Assembly (NCBI GenBank): GCA_029856365.1 | Contig: JAHQWW010000018.1 | Span: forward strand, 1-50,522 | Source: Candidatus Hodarchaeota archaeon | GTDB lineage: Archaea; Asgardarchaeota; Heimdallarchaeia; Hodarchaeales; Hodarchaeaceae | Direction of reading: 5' to 3' | Length of the DNA: 50,522 nucleotides | Shown: piece by piece, positions 17,971-27,215 of the stretch | Layout: the number at the start of each line of letters is the position of its first letter | Numbering within the stretch: the stretch's first letter is position 1 | Program-made: the position numbers and the translations under genes | The notes under the pieces: model-generated | What the model was told of the DNA's origin: nothing | What the model saw: the letters and a program-made list of their open reading frames with translations, nothing else | Database searches by the model: none

Positions 17971-19905
17971 CTAGTTGAACCGTATTGTTTCTAGGTTTAG
18001 TGGTACATCAACTTTGACATGATATCTTTTTGATAATGCCTGAGCCAATGATTGAGACTTTTTCCGTTGACCATGTATTAAAACGACCCTTTCAGGCTTT
18101 GGGCTGAGTTCACGGAAGAAATTCATAATCTCTCCTCTATCAGAATGGCCACTGAATCCGTCGATCTGATGAATTTCCATTTTAACTGGAAACATTTTCA
18201 TCCTACCATCTTCTATGCTGCGAATTTCTTTTACTCCTGAAGCTATTCGTCTACCCAGGGTTCCTTCAGCTTGGAATGATACAAAAACAATTGAATTACG
18301 TGGATCGTTAGCCAACTCTTTAAAGTATTCTACAGAATTACCTCCCGTCAACATACCTGAAGTAGCTAAAATAACAACAGGTTTCCCAGATAAAATTGAT
18401 TGTCTCTCACTTTGGTTGTCTACACGGTGAAATATTTCGCTTAAGAACGGGTTCTGCCCTTCATTAAATATTTGATCTTGTAAGAATGATGATAAATACT
18501 CTGGATGACATGAATGGATTGCTGTTGCTTCAGCAATTAATCCATCTAGGTATATAGGAACATCAACCAACTGGTGTTTTTGATAATAATTTGATAAGAC
18601 AACCATTAATTCTTGTGGTCGTCCTACAGCTAGGCTAGGGATCAGTACTTTTCCTCCTCGTTTTACTGTTTGATTAATGATTTTAATTAGCTGAACTTCA
18701 GCATCACCACGTTTAGGCATAATGTCTCTAGGCCCAGCATAAGTAGATTCCATGATAATGGACTCTAGACGGGGAAACTTCGTATTAGCACGATCTAATA
18801 ACCGAGATCTTTTCCCCTTGAAATCATTGGCAAAAGCGATATTATATCGTCCATCTCCAACGTGCATATGCATAATTGAGGATCCTAGAATATGCCCTGC
18901 CGGAGTCATAGTTAAGCGTATATCATTACTTAAATCAGTAACTTCCCCATATCGACGTGTTATAGTATGTAAAATCATTCTTTTAATATCACGCTGACTA
19001 TAAGGAACTAATTTATTCTCTCTTCCTGCCACATCAATGTAATCTTTCTGAAGAAGCGTCATGAGTGACAACGTTGCATCATTGGCGTAAACAGGCCCCC
19101 GATACCCCCATTTATATAAAAAAGGGAGCATCCCACTATGATCCAAATGTGCATGAGTAATAAGCACAGCATCAATGTCTGCAATATCAAATTCAGGGAC
19201 ATTGAAGAAAGGAAACATCTGGTTTGGTTCTCGAGATCCTACATTTATTCCACAATCAACAAGAATTTTTGTCTCAGCTGTTTCCAAAAGCATACAAGAT
19301 CTTCCAACTTCAGAAAAACCTCCTAAGCCTGTTAACCTAATGTAATCATCCTCGATAACCTTAGGACGATGTATACGCTTCCCAATATTCAATAATGCGT
19401 GTTTACGCAATTCAGATTTGTTGGTAAGGGTTTTTCTGATAGAATTTATTAATTGTGATTGTATTGGAGGAGATCTAACTACTTTTGGACGCCACATGGA
19501 ATCTCGTGCTATCTCACGCAGTGTCGTGCCACTACGTCCGATGACTGCCCCTGGTTTCTTCGCTTCAATGATGACTTCTCCTAACTCATCATCGAAAATT
19601 ACATTTGTTATTTCCGCGTTTTCAGGGACAATCTCCATGATCCTTGCTCGAGCTTCCTCTTTAGCTCTTCGTACTGATACGTCTGATCTAATGACTATTC
19701 TTTTTCTTAACGATTTCGCTAAACTTTTGACAATATCCCCATTTTCCATGAGAACTGTGGGATTTAAAGAATAAATGACTACAAAAGGCCCTTCGAACAC
19801 TACCTTGGACACCTGAGCATCTGGTGGTAATCTACTAATGAGATCTGCTTTTAGTTGGTCAATAGCTAATTCACGACTGAACTGTTTGTCCTTTTCTTTT
19901 ACCAT
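17971..19905 (-). CDS. fttA: KH-domain beta-CASP ribonuclease aCPSF1 / transcription termination factor FttA
   Basis: FEGP, KH domains (KPGAVIGRSG), LGGFSEVGRS, THAHLDHSG, AGHILGS, FSGHSD. Confidence 0.95.
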   Translation of the reverse strand: MVKEKDKQFSRELAIDQLKADLISRLPPDAQVSKVVFEGPFVVIYSLNPTVLMENGDIVKSLAKSLRKRIVIRSDVSVRRAKEEARARIMEIVPENAEITNVIFDDELGEVIIEAKKPGAVIGRSGTTLREIARDSMWRPKVVRSPPIQSQLINSIRKTLTNKSELRKHALLNIGKRIHRPKVIEDDYIRLTGLGGFSEVGRSCMLLETAETKILVDCGINVGSREPNQMFPFFNVPEFDIADIDAVLITHAHLDHSGMLPFLYKWGYRGPVYANDATLSLMTLLQKDYIDVAGRENKLVPYSQRDIKRMILHTITRRYGEVTDLSNDIRLTMTPAGHILGSSIMHMHVGDGRYNIAFANDFKGKRSRLLDRANTKFPRLESIIMESTYAGPRDIMPKRGDAEVQLIKIINQTVKRGGKVLIPSLAVGRPQELMVVLSNYYQKHQLVDVPIYLDGLIAEATAIHSCHPEYLSSFLQDQIFNEGQNPFLSEIFHRVDNQSERQSILSGKPVVILATSGMLTGGNSVEYFKELANDPRNSIVFVSFQAEGTLGRRIASGVKEIRSIEDGRMKMFPVKMEIHQIDGFSGHSDRGEIMNFFRELSPKPERVVLIHGQRKKSQSLAQALSKRYHVKVDVPLNLETIRFN

Positions 19906-20394
19906 TAATTCCTACCTCGGTGAAATGTGGTCTTTTTTTGAAACCCTTTGCATAAACAGCAGATTTTAGGGTATACAGTTAGTAAGTTATTATAGATTAA
20001 ATGTCAATGTATCCTTTTGTTAATCTTATGACAATTTTTTCTCTTATTTAGGATATATTCATTTTATTTTAGTGATTTGAATGATTAGTTATGAATAAAG
20101 ATGTGTAAAACCGTATAGAGGCCTTTCTTCTACACCCAAATAAGGGATCTTTCATATTTCTTTTCAAAGTCTGAAATTAGATACTACAATTATGGAATTA
20201 TGCGCCGAGTGCATAAGTCAAAGTTAATTGGAAGGAAATAGAAAATATCACAAGAACTAGAACTATTTGACTTAACTAAATCGAAAGAAGAACTTTTTCT
20301 TATTAAAATTCCCTTGTACACTCCTACACACACAGAGTTTATAAATATTGTGCCAATGTTCCCAAATGGGACTGGATACAAGGACAGCAAACAA

Positions 20395-21486
20395 ATGTCA
20401 GGATCAGAAATCCTCGAATCAGTGGTACCAAGATCAATTATAATTGGAAAATCAACCATTCATCGAATTCCCGATGTTATTCAATCACTTGGATTAAAAC
20501 AGAAGATAATGATTCTTACGGGCCCTCATACTCGGTTTGTCGTTGGAGAGGACATTTTTAATGTATTAACCAATCAAGGCATGAATTGTGAGATCGTTAT
20601 TGTTGAGAACGCATCTCTTGAAGCAGCAAAGAGTTATGTTGATCTTGTAGAGCAATATAAGCCTAATGTTATAATTGGGGCTGGGGGGGGGAAAAATATC
20701 GATGTTTGTAAATATTGTCTAAATCAAATATCTCGAAAATTGGAAATGATTTCTGTCCCGACGACAACCTCCCACGATGGTCTTGCTTCTCCTTTCATTT
20801 TCCTAAACGATCCTACAGAAAAATATATTGGAGAATGCCGACCTCCTATTGCTGTAATCGCAGATGTGGAGAAAATATTAAGTCATCCTGATTTAATTCG
20901 CTTTATTGCTGCAGGAGTCGGGGATACAGTTGGTAAAATCACTGCTATCTGGGATTGGCGACATGCTTGGCGTATAAAATCAGAAAAGTTTTCACGTTTT
21001 GTCGGAGGTGTTTTAGAAAATGCTGAAACTCTTTTTCAAAGTCAAGTATCTGAAGCTCTTATCGATCCTGAGCATGCTGTTCAGGTGGTATTAAAAGCAC
21101 TCCTGATTGCTGGAGTGTTAATGGGAACATCAAATGACATCCGTGTCGGTTATGGTTCGGAACATATGTTCTCGGCTGCATTAGCTGCACAAACTCCAAA
21201 TGCTGATATCCTTCATGGAGAACGAGTTGCGTTAGGAGCAATCATGATGGCCAAATTACAAGGACAGAATCACAGAAAAATTGTGAATATTCTAAAAAAT
21301 GTTGGCTGTCCAACAAATGTTGAAGATCTAAATGATAAAATTCTCCCTGAAGCCATTGTTACAGCACTTCATACAGCACATAAAACTAATTCAATGTATA
21401 CAGTATTAGGCCATTCCGGGTTAACAAAAGACGCTGCATTGAATATTGCTCAGATAACAGGAGTGATCAGCGAGCTTCATAAGTAA
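20395..21486 (+). CDS. egsA: sn-glycerol-1-phosphate dehydrogenase
   Basis: GAGGGKNIDVCK, SVPTTTSHDGLASP, AGVGD..KITA..DW, GSEHMFS, HGE.VALG. Likely start is ATG 20395. Confidence 0.85.
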   Translation: MSGSEILESVVPRSIIIGKSTIHRIPDVIQSLGLKQKIMILTGPHTRFVVGEDIFNVLTNQGMNCEIVIVENASLEAAKSYVDLVEQYKPNVIIGAGGGKNIDVCKYCLNQISRKLEMISVPTTTSHDGLASPFIFLNDPTEKYIGECRPPIAVIADVEKILSHPDLIRFIAAGVGDTVGKITAIWDWRHAWRIKSEKFSRFVGGVLENAETLFQSQVSEALIDPEHAVQVVLKALLIAGVLMGTSNDIRVGYGSEHMFSAALAAQTPNADILHGERVALGAIMMAKLQGQNHRKIVNILKNVGCPTNVEDLNDKILPEAIVTALHTAHKTNSMYTVLGHSGLTKDAALNIAQITGVISELHK

Positions 21487-21573
21487 CATTTAAAATTGAT
21501 ATTTGGGTGGTCTTTTCTAGTTTCTATTTTAAACATCAAAATTAAAATCTTCATAAAAAGGATAAGAATCACA

Positions 21574-22314
21574 ATGGCATCTGACACTGAGAGCCCAGTT
21601 ATTGGTATTATTACCAGCAGCTTTACAGATGCAGGTCCACAAGTGATTTATAATACCACAAAAGAACATATATCCGAGGATCAGGCACTTAACCTTTCCA
21701 TTCGGATTATGACAGTCATTGGAGAGGAAATTTCGAAATATGAGCTTTATGGCCCACTGCCAGTCCCTTCAAATGATGAACTTCTATGTCTAGCTTATGT
21801 GTTTCGGGTAGAATCAACGTTTACGACTGACCCAAGGCTAAAATTCCGCCCAACAGTCATAAGTATAATCTTTAGAAGAGCCCTTAAGAGAGAGATTTCT
21901 CGTGCGCAAGGGATTATTTTATCATACCTTTCCCAAGTGACAGCTAAAGATTTCAAAAACGAGGATGACCTCAAACCAGAAAAAATGGAAGATATTCATA
22001 AAAGGTTATCAGCACTAATTGCTACAAACCCAGTCCGTATCTATATGATACAAAATGATCTCATCCAAGAACACACAGGGAGCCTTGATGTTCCCACAGA
22101 CGCTTACGTTATTGCTGATATGCAGACAAATGTCTTTTACATAATTTTCGAACCCTATATCTCACCTCTGCGAAAGCGGCAGGTTGTGATCCTTGTTGAC
22201 TCTCTCAATGAGAAAACATACCGAAGAAGATTCAATAAACAAATAATTGATTCTGAAGAGGAGGCAAGACGTCTTTTAAACTTCTATGGATTGAAACGTA
22301 GAAAGCAGCAATAA
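21574..22314 (+). CDS. Hypothetical protein: N-terminal longin/uDENN-like domain, C-terminal gelsolin-like domain
   Basis: IITSSFTDAGPQVIY...YGPLPVP...AYVFRV...DPR (longin/uDENN-like). VRIYMI...DAYVIAD...FYIIF...SPLRKRQ...IIDSEEE (gelsolin-like). Likely start is ATG 21574. Confidence 0.55.
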   Translation: MASDTESPVIGIITSSFTDAGPQVIYNTTKEHISEDQALNLSIRIMTVIGEEISKYELYGPLPVPSNDELLCLAYVFRVESTFTTDPRLKFRPTVISIIFRRALKREISRAQGIILSYLSQVTAKDFKNEDDLKPEKMEDIHKRLSALIATNPVRIYMIQNDLIQEHTGSLDVPTDAYVIADMQTNVFYIIFEPYISPLRKRQVVILVDSLNEKTYRRRFNKQIIDSEEEARRLLNFYGLKRRKQQ

Positions 22315-22325
22315 AAAAAGGGGGA

Positions 22326-22724
22326 TTGATTGTGAAATTAGAGAGTGCTTATGGAATAGAACTAGACAGTCTTAAAGACTTGGTTCGCCTTGTCTCGAGT
22401 GCAAGTCCTGATCGCCCATCTACTATTTTTAAGTGGGATTCAGAAGATAACTCAGAGGTATATTATGGATCTTTCGCAATATTCCCAGGATACTACGATT
22501 TTAAAGCTTTGCCTGTTCTTTTCTTCGTTGTCCGCGATTCTTCGATTGAAGAGCAAAACCAATCGCTAGTACGATACGATTTACAGGCCAAAAAGAACCA
22601 GATCTCGTTTCTAAGCCATATAGAAGAAAAGGACCTAGAACATGTCCATACGGGTCTTGTAAGGTTCATTCCTATTGTGAAGCTAAAAAAGGCGCCTAAG
22701 ATTTTTTCTACCTTGACATTTTAA
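22326..22724 (+). CDS. Conserved archaeal hypothetical protein
   Basis: In operon with 11-12 nt gaps; SLKDLVRL and YYDFKALPVLFF resemble an uncharacterised TACK/Asgard family (from memory). Confidence 0.6.
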   Translation: MIVKLESAYGIELDSLKDLVRLVSSASPDRPSTIFKWDSEDNSEVYYGSFAIFPGYYDFKALPVLFFVVRDSSIEEQNQSLVRYDLQAKKNQISFLSHIEEKDLEHVHTGLVRFIPIVKLKKAPKIFSTLTF

Positions 22725-22736
22725 GAAGGTCGTTTT

Positions 22737-23522
22737 GTGCTCAAAGAAGGGAACATTGTTCGTATAATTGAAATTTCTCAGAGACAATCAAAAGCCTGGA
22801 TAATATCTCTGGCGCAGAATGCTGAACTCTCAACACATCTTGGTAATATCCTCCATAATGATTGTATAGGTAAAAATTTTGGGGATATTCTATCCTTAAC
22901 CAAAGGAAAAGTTATTATCTCGAGACCTTCTCCTCGTGATTATATACGCTATTTTCGTTTAAAAACCCAAATTCTTTATGAAGATGATTGTGCTATCGCT
23001 TGTAGTCTTGCTGGGGTTGGTTCTGGTATGTATGTTGGAGAAGCAGGGACTGGTTCAGGAGCATTAACGACATTTCTAGCTCATCATGTCCAACCTTCAG
23101 GACATGTCTTTTCCTATGATATAAATACCAAGTATCTTACCAATGCTCAAAAAAATTTGGCAAAAACCGATTTATCTGATTACATAACGTTTAAACTTCA
23201 GGATATTCGTTCACCACTTGAAGAACGTGAATTGGACGCATTTTTCCTGGATTTTTCTTCTCCATATGAAGCCATTGATAATATTGCTCCCGTTCTAAAT
23301 GGTGGTGGGCACCTAGTCTGTTTCATTCCTAATTGGGGGCAAGTTGAACAAACTGTTGCTCAAATCAGACAATGTCCATATTTTGTACACCAAGAAACTT
23401 TTGAAATAACTCGTCGTAATTTCATTGTGAATCCAGATAAAGGTATAATGAGGCCTGTTTTTCGTGATCTTGTATATTCGGGTATACTTATCCATGCTAT
23501 TCGCGTTAATCCTGACAAATGA
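22737..23522 (+). CDS. trmI: tRNA (adenine57/58-N1)-methyltransferase
   Basis: THLG...H, TQILYEDD, EAGTGSGALT, FLDFSSP, FIPNWGQV. Confidence 0.9.
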   Translation: MLKEGNIVRIIEISQRQSKAWIISLAQNAELSTHLGNILHNDCIGKNFGDILSLTKGKVIISRPSPRDYIRYFRLKTQILYEDDCAIACSLAGVGSGMYVGEAGTGSGALTTFLAHHVQPSGHVFSYDINTKYLTNAQKNLAKTDLSDYITFKLQDIRSPLEERELDAFFLDFSSPYEAIDNIAPVLNGGGHLVCFIPNWGQVEQTVAQIRQCPYFVHQETFEITRRNFIVNPDKGIMRPVFRDLVYSGILIHAIRVNPDK

Positions 23523-23531
23523 GATGTATAA

Positions 23532-24425
23532 ATGATACAGATCCCTAAACATGTCTATGAAAAGTTCTTGCGCTTTGCTTTGGAGAATGCTAACCCCTTA
23601 GATCCACGAAATTGGAAAGAATGCATCGGATTAGTTTTAGGACGAATCACAGAGGATGAGATTCTTATCACAGACATTGTACCCATCGGATCTGGCACTG
23701 CAGTTTTTGTTGACATTACAGATTACGAGAAGGTGTTTTCGTTAATTTTACCTAGCAGGATTAACGCTGGAGAAGTCATTGTAGGATGGGCACACACTCA
23801 TCCTGGACTTGGTCTCTTTCTATCAGGCACAGACATACGTACACAACAGATGTATCAGCAGATGCATCCAAAGGCTTTCGCTCTTGTATTAGATCCCACC
23901 AAAATTTCCAAAAATTTCTCTGGATTCAACATCTATCGTCTTGATGAGTTAAGATCTCATCCCAGAACTGTAGATTATTACTTTGACGAGTATTTTGATT
24001 TTTTAGCAAGTCGAGAAACCCTTACCTCTGAATTGTATCTAGTTCCAGAAGTCCCAGTCATTATTTCTGCAACCGAAGTTTCTTGGAATGCCATAAATAT
24101 TATGCTCTCTGGAGATACCGAGATTCCAGTTAATCAACCATTAGAAGTGAAATTGGAAATTAATTTACCCTTTTGTCAATTCATTCGCGTCGAATATCAG
24201 ATCAATACTGAGAATTTGGCAGAGGATCCGTTCCCAATGCAATTGCTTCATAGTAAGACCATTTACCACGAAATTATCTCGTCAGGCACCCTAAGTATCT
24301 TTACTTTTCGCCCCAAAAAGATTAAACCTACCTATATCCGAATCAAAAATCTCTTCCTATCAGATTACCAGCAAAAACTGCAAAAAATGCCCGATTTATG
24401 TTTGAAAACTCAAATAAAGGGATAA
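23532..24425 (+). CDS. MPN+/JAMM metalloprotease (Rpn11/CSN5-like) with C-terminal beta domain
   Basis: ECIGLVLG...VGWAHTHPGLGLFLSGTDIRTQ..YQ...AFALVLDP; complete E-HxH-x7-S-xx-D motif. Confidence 0.88.
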   Translation: MIQIPKHVYEKFLRFALENANPLDPRNWKECIGLVLGRITEDEILITDIVPIGSGTAVFVDITDYEKVFSLILPSRINAGEVIVGWAHTHPGLGLFLSGTDIRTQQMYQQMHPKAFALVLDPTKISKNFSGFNIYRLDELRSHPRTVDYYFDEYFDFLASRETLTSELYLVPEVPVIISATEVSWNAINIMLSGDTEIPVNQPLEVKLEINLPFCQFIRVEYQINTENLAEDPFPMQLLHSKTIYHEIISSGTLSIFTFRPKKIKPTYIRIKNLFLSDYQQKLQKMPDLCLKTQIKG

Positions 24426-24439
24426 TCTAGAAAAGAAAT

Positions 24440-25186
24440 CTATTGAGCTGCTTGGCGATACTTACGATCCCCATAGAGTCCAAACACAACTAAGGTTAAA
24501 AATATGAATAAAACACCGACGAAGGCATAAATAATTACATATGGGGGGGTTGGATAGCTTTTTATAAGCTCAAATGTTATATTTTGGCGATAAAAACTAG
24601 TTATTGGTGTTTCATCGATTCCATTTATATGATATTGAACCCGAAACACGAATTTATAGACATCAAAGGTAGGTAATTCCAGAGAAGGAATAATCATAGC
24701 TTCGGATTTAGTGGAATTAGGCTCAAGAATGAATTCAACAAGGTTTAATCTAGGATTCTCTGAATCATAATAAATAGAAAGAATAGCAGTACGATTTAGA
24801 GTATGTTTTTCTCCTGAAATGACCCTATAGACATCTACAGCAAATTGGTGAATGACTAGACTCTCTGAACGTCCAATGACAGTTGAATAGCTAGCATTTA
24901 AGCGAAGAGTTGTCTTATTTACCAGTTGAGGTAGAGGATTTTCTTGAAATTCAGGGCTAAGAGCCTCTGAAATTAAATCTTCTAGAGGGACAAATCTGTT
25001 TTGTACCTTTGCTTCGATATTAACCACATCAATAATGAGTAAATCTGTATTAGCATTTACGTTGTTTGATGAGGCTTTGACTACAACTGGGAAAACAGAG
25101 AGTTGTTGTTCACATCCACTTGAAATGGTAATTATTAATAATAAAATCATAGCTTTTGCAAATAATTTTATCATTAGCAGTTTCAA
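24440..25186 (-). CDS. Type I membrane protein, possibly TRAP-alpha-like
   Basis: Signal peptide, beta-rich ectodomain, C-terminal TM (VIIYAFVGVLFIFLTLVVFGLY) followed by basic RKYR. Confidence 0.55.
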   Translation of the reverse strand: MKLLMIKLFAKAMILLLIITISSGCEQQLSVFPVVVKASSNNVNANTDLLIIDVVNIEAKVQNRFVPLEDLISEALSPEFQENPLPQLVNKTTLRLNASYSTVIGRSESLVIHQFAVDVYRVISGEKHTLNRTAILSIYYDSENPRLNLVEFILEPNSTKSEAMIIPSLELPTFDVYKFVFRVQYHINGIDETPITSFYRQNITFELIKSYPTPPYVIIYAFVGVLFIFLTLVVFGLYGDRKYRQAAQ

Positions 25187-25379
25187 CCTTATACATCTAG
25201 ATTAATTGCCCCGTTTTAGTAATTGGGCATTTGGACTTTTATTTCTTATTAAGATATAAGTGTTGAAGCTGTGATGCTTCTTCACTGTCGTTCTTAGTAT
25301 TCAATCTTGATACATACCTTACAAACCGAGCTGTTAATGAATGGGCACAGAAGCAGCCAGAAGTATAAATGGGTAAAGT

Positions 25380-25997
25380 TCAGTCGAGAAAGAGGATATT
25401 ATGCACTTTGTACCGGATGATATCTTCGCGACGACCTAACCTTGCTTCAATTGTATTATGTACGGTTAGAGATTTTTTACTAATTATTGCCCCACCTTCT
25501 ACTGAATCACTTTCAAAGGTTGTTACTTTAATTGTAGTTTTGATACCACTAATTTTCATAATTTCAGATTCTAATCGTTTAATATCGATTAGTGAGACGT
25601 CTTCTGAAGCAAGGTTAACGGTTAACTCTCCTCCTGTAAGAGCGACTCCTCCTTGTACTATAAGATTAGTTAAAGCGGAAAGATATTCCTCAGATTTTTT
25701 ATCTTTCCATTCTTGGATTCGTTTCAGACTTTCCGTAAATACTTGCTCTAATAACCTTCCTTTAACATTATTTAATTCAATCTTATTTGTTATCCGAAAT
25801 CGAGATAACTCACGTTGAGCCTTTTGTTCTTCTTCTTTCTCTTTTCCAGCTAAAATCTTCTGTGCTATCCGCTCTGATTCGCTATGAGCTTGATTGAGGA
25901 TCTCGCTAGCCTCTCGCTTGGCCTTTTCAAGAATAGCTCTAGCTTGTTGATTAGCTTCTTGGATAATTTCGCTTTCAAAATAATCATTTTCAGTCAT
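25380..25997 (-). CDS. atpE: A/V-type ATP synthase subunit E
   Basis: N-terminal EA...A..ILEKA..EA coiled coil; C-terminal GGAII...V.NT.EARL. Confidence 0.85.
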   Translation of the reverse strand: MTENDYFESEIIQEANQQARAILEKAKREASEILNQAHSESERIAQKILAGKEKEEEQKAQRELSRFRITNKIELNNVKGRLLEQVFTESLKRIQEWKDKKSEEYLSALTNLIVQGGVALTGGELTVNLASEDVSLIDIKRLESEIMKISGIKTTIKVTTFESDSVEGGAIISKKSLTVHNTIEARLGRREDIIRYKVHNILFLD

Positions 25998-26135
25998 AAT
26001 CTTTCCTTTCTCTATTCAACGTTTTTTGGCAAGCATTCTTTCCTACTGAAGGCCCCTACAGTATTAATTGTTCTTCATCCACCTTGTTGAGTTTGAAATG
26101 CAAACCTAGATGAGACTTTTTATGTGGTTCTATGT

Positions 26136-27164
26136 TCAATCGAGTTGCATTACTGGATAGTCTTCAGTTAATAATTCTTCTATAACCGCTCTAATCGCGT
26201 TTTGTGCTTCTTTAACCTCTTCTAAATCAAAAAATTTGCTTATTTCCTTTTCAACAAGATATTCTGGTTCCTTTTCACCGTCCTCAGATAAAATTAGGAA
26301 GATTTCTTTTTCAAGTACACCACGAGAGAATTTGGCTTTTAATTGGTTGAAAATAATCTCATGCGCAAGCAAAATTTCTAATTGGCGACTACTGATTCGA
26401 TTGATGACCTCTTCAGTAAGAATCAGAACCGAAAAAACCTCTTTAACCTGATTGACAGAATTCATAGTTAAGACAGGAACAAATATTGGTTCAAAGCGGC
26501 TTACTGTATGGATTTGAAAAAGATAAGCGTTCACATTGATTCTATACTTACTTACAAGCTGAGAATATTCCTTAAGGCTCGAATGGATGTTGGCTAATGC
26601 ACTTTTAGCTTTTTGAAATTCCTTTAAGTGCCTCATTCTTTCAGTTTTCATTTTTTCAACAATAGAAGCCGTAGGGATGATCTTAAGACCCATTCTTATT
26701 TTCATCCTTAATTGAACCTCTATCTTTTCTGTAAAATCTTTGAATGGAATGATTTCTCGTTTTTGACGACGAATAGGATGAAGACGTTTGATATCTTCAA
26801 AAGCTTTTATCTCTGCTTCTAAAATAGATTGATTTTTACACATGATCCACTTTGTTACCGCAGCAAAATATTGCATTCCTGTTTGAAAAGTTAAAGAATC
26901 TAGGGATTGAAATATGGGGATAGAAAATGCAATTAAAAGAAAATCTTCGCCCTCTTGTGAAATTAATTGAAAATAAAACGGACTTATCTTTTTGTTTTCT
27001 CGCTGTACTAAGCCATTTACACCGAAAAAACGGACATGATCAATCACATCCAATAATTCTTCATATTGGATGGTTACCCTCTCGAATTCCATTGCCATCC
27101 ACTCTTCAATAACCAAGTGAAACTGAAACTTTTGACTTGGTGGAATATCTTCACGAGAGCTCAT
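26136..27164 (-). CDS. Hypothetical soluble protein (342 aa)
   Basis: Long ORF co-oriented with its neighbours; LEILLAHEII resembles a degenerate zincin helix. Confidence 0.65.
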   Translation of the reverse strand: MSSREDIPPSQKFQFHLVIEEWMAMEFERVTIQYEELLDVIDHVRFFGVNGLVQRENKKISPFYFQLISQEGEDFLLIAFSIPIFQSLDSLTFQTGMQYFAAVTKWIMCKNQSILEAEIKAFEDIKRLHPIRRQKREIIPFKDFTEKIEVQLRMKIRMGLKIIPTASIVEKMKTERMRHLKEFQKAKSALANIHSSLKEYSQLVSKYRINVNAYLFQIHTVSRFEPIFVPVLTMNSVNQVKEVFSVLILTEEVINRISSRQLEILLAHEIIFNQLKAKFSRGVLEKEIFLILSEDGEKEPEYLVEKEISKFFDLEEVKEAQNAIRAVIEELLTEDYPVMQLD

Positions 27165-27215
27165 ATTACAGAAATTCCTCGTCTTGTTCTAGTAAGAAGA
27201 TTATCTTTAATGAAG

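Noticed and set aside
26136-27164. Active zinc metalloprotease
   Set aside because: The motif is HEIIF, lacking the second His of HExxH.
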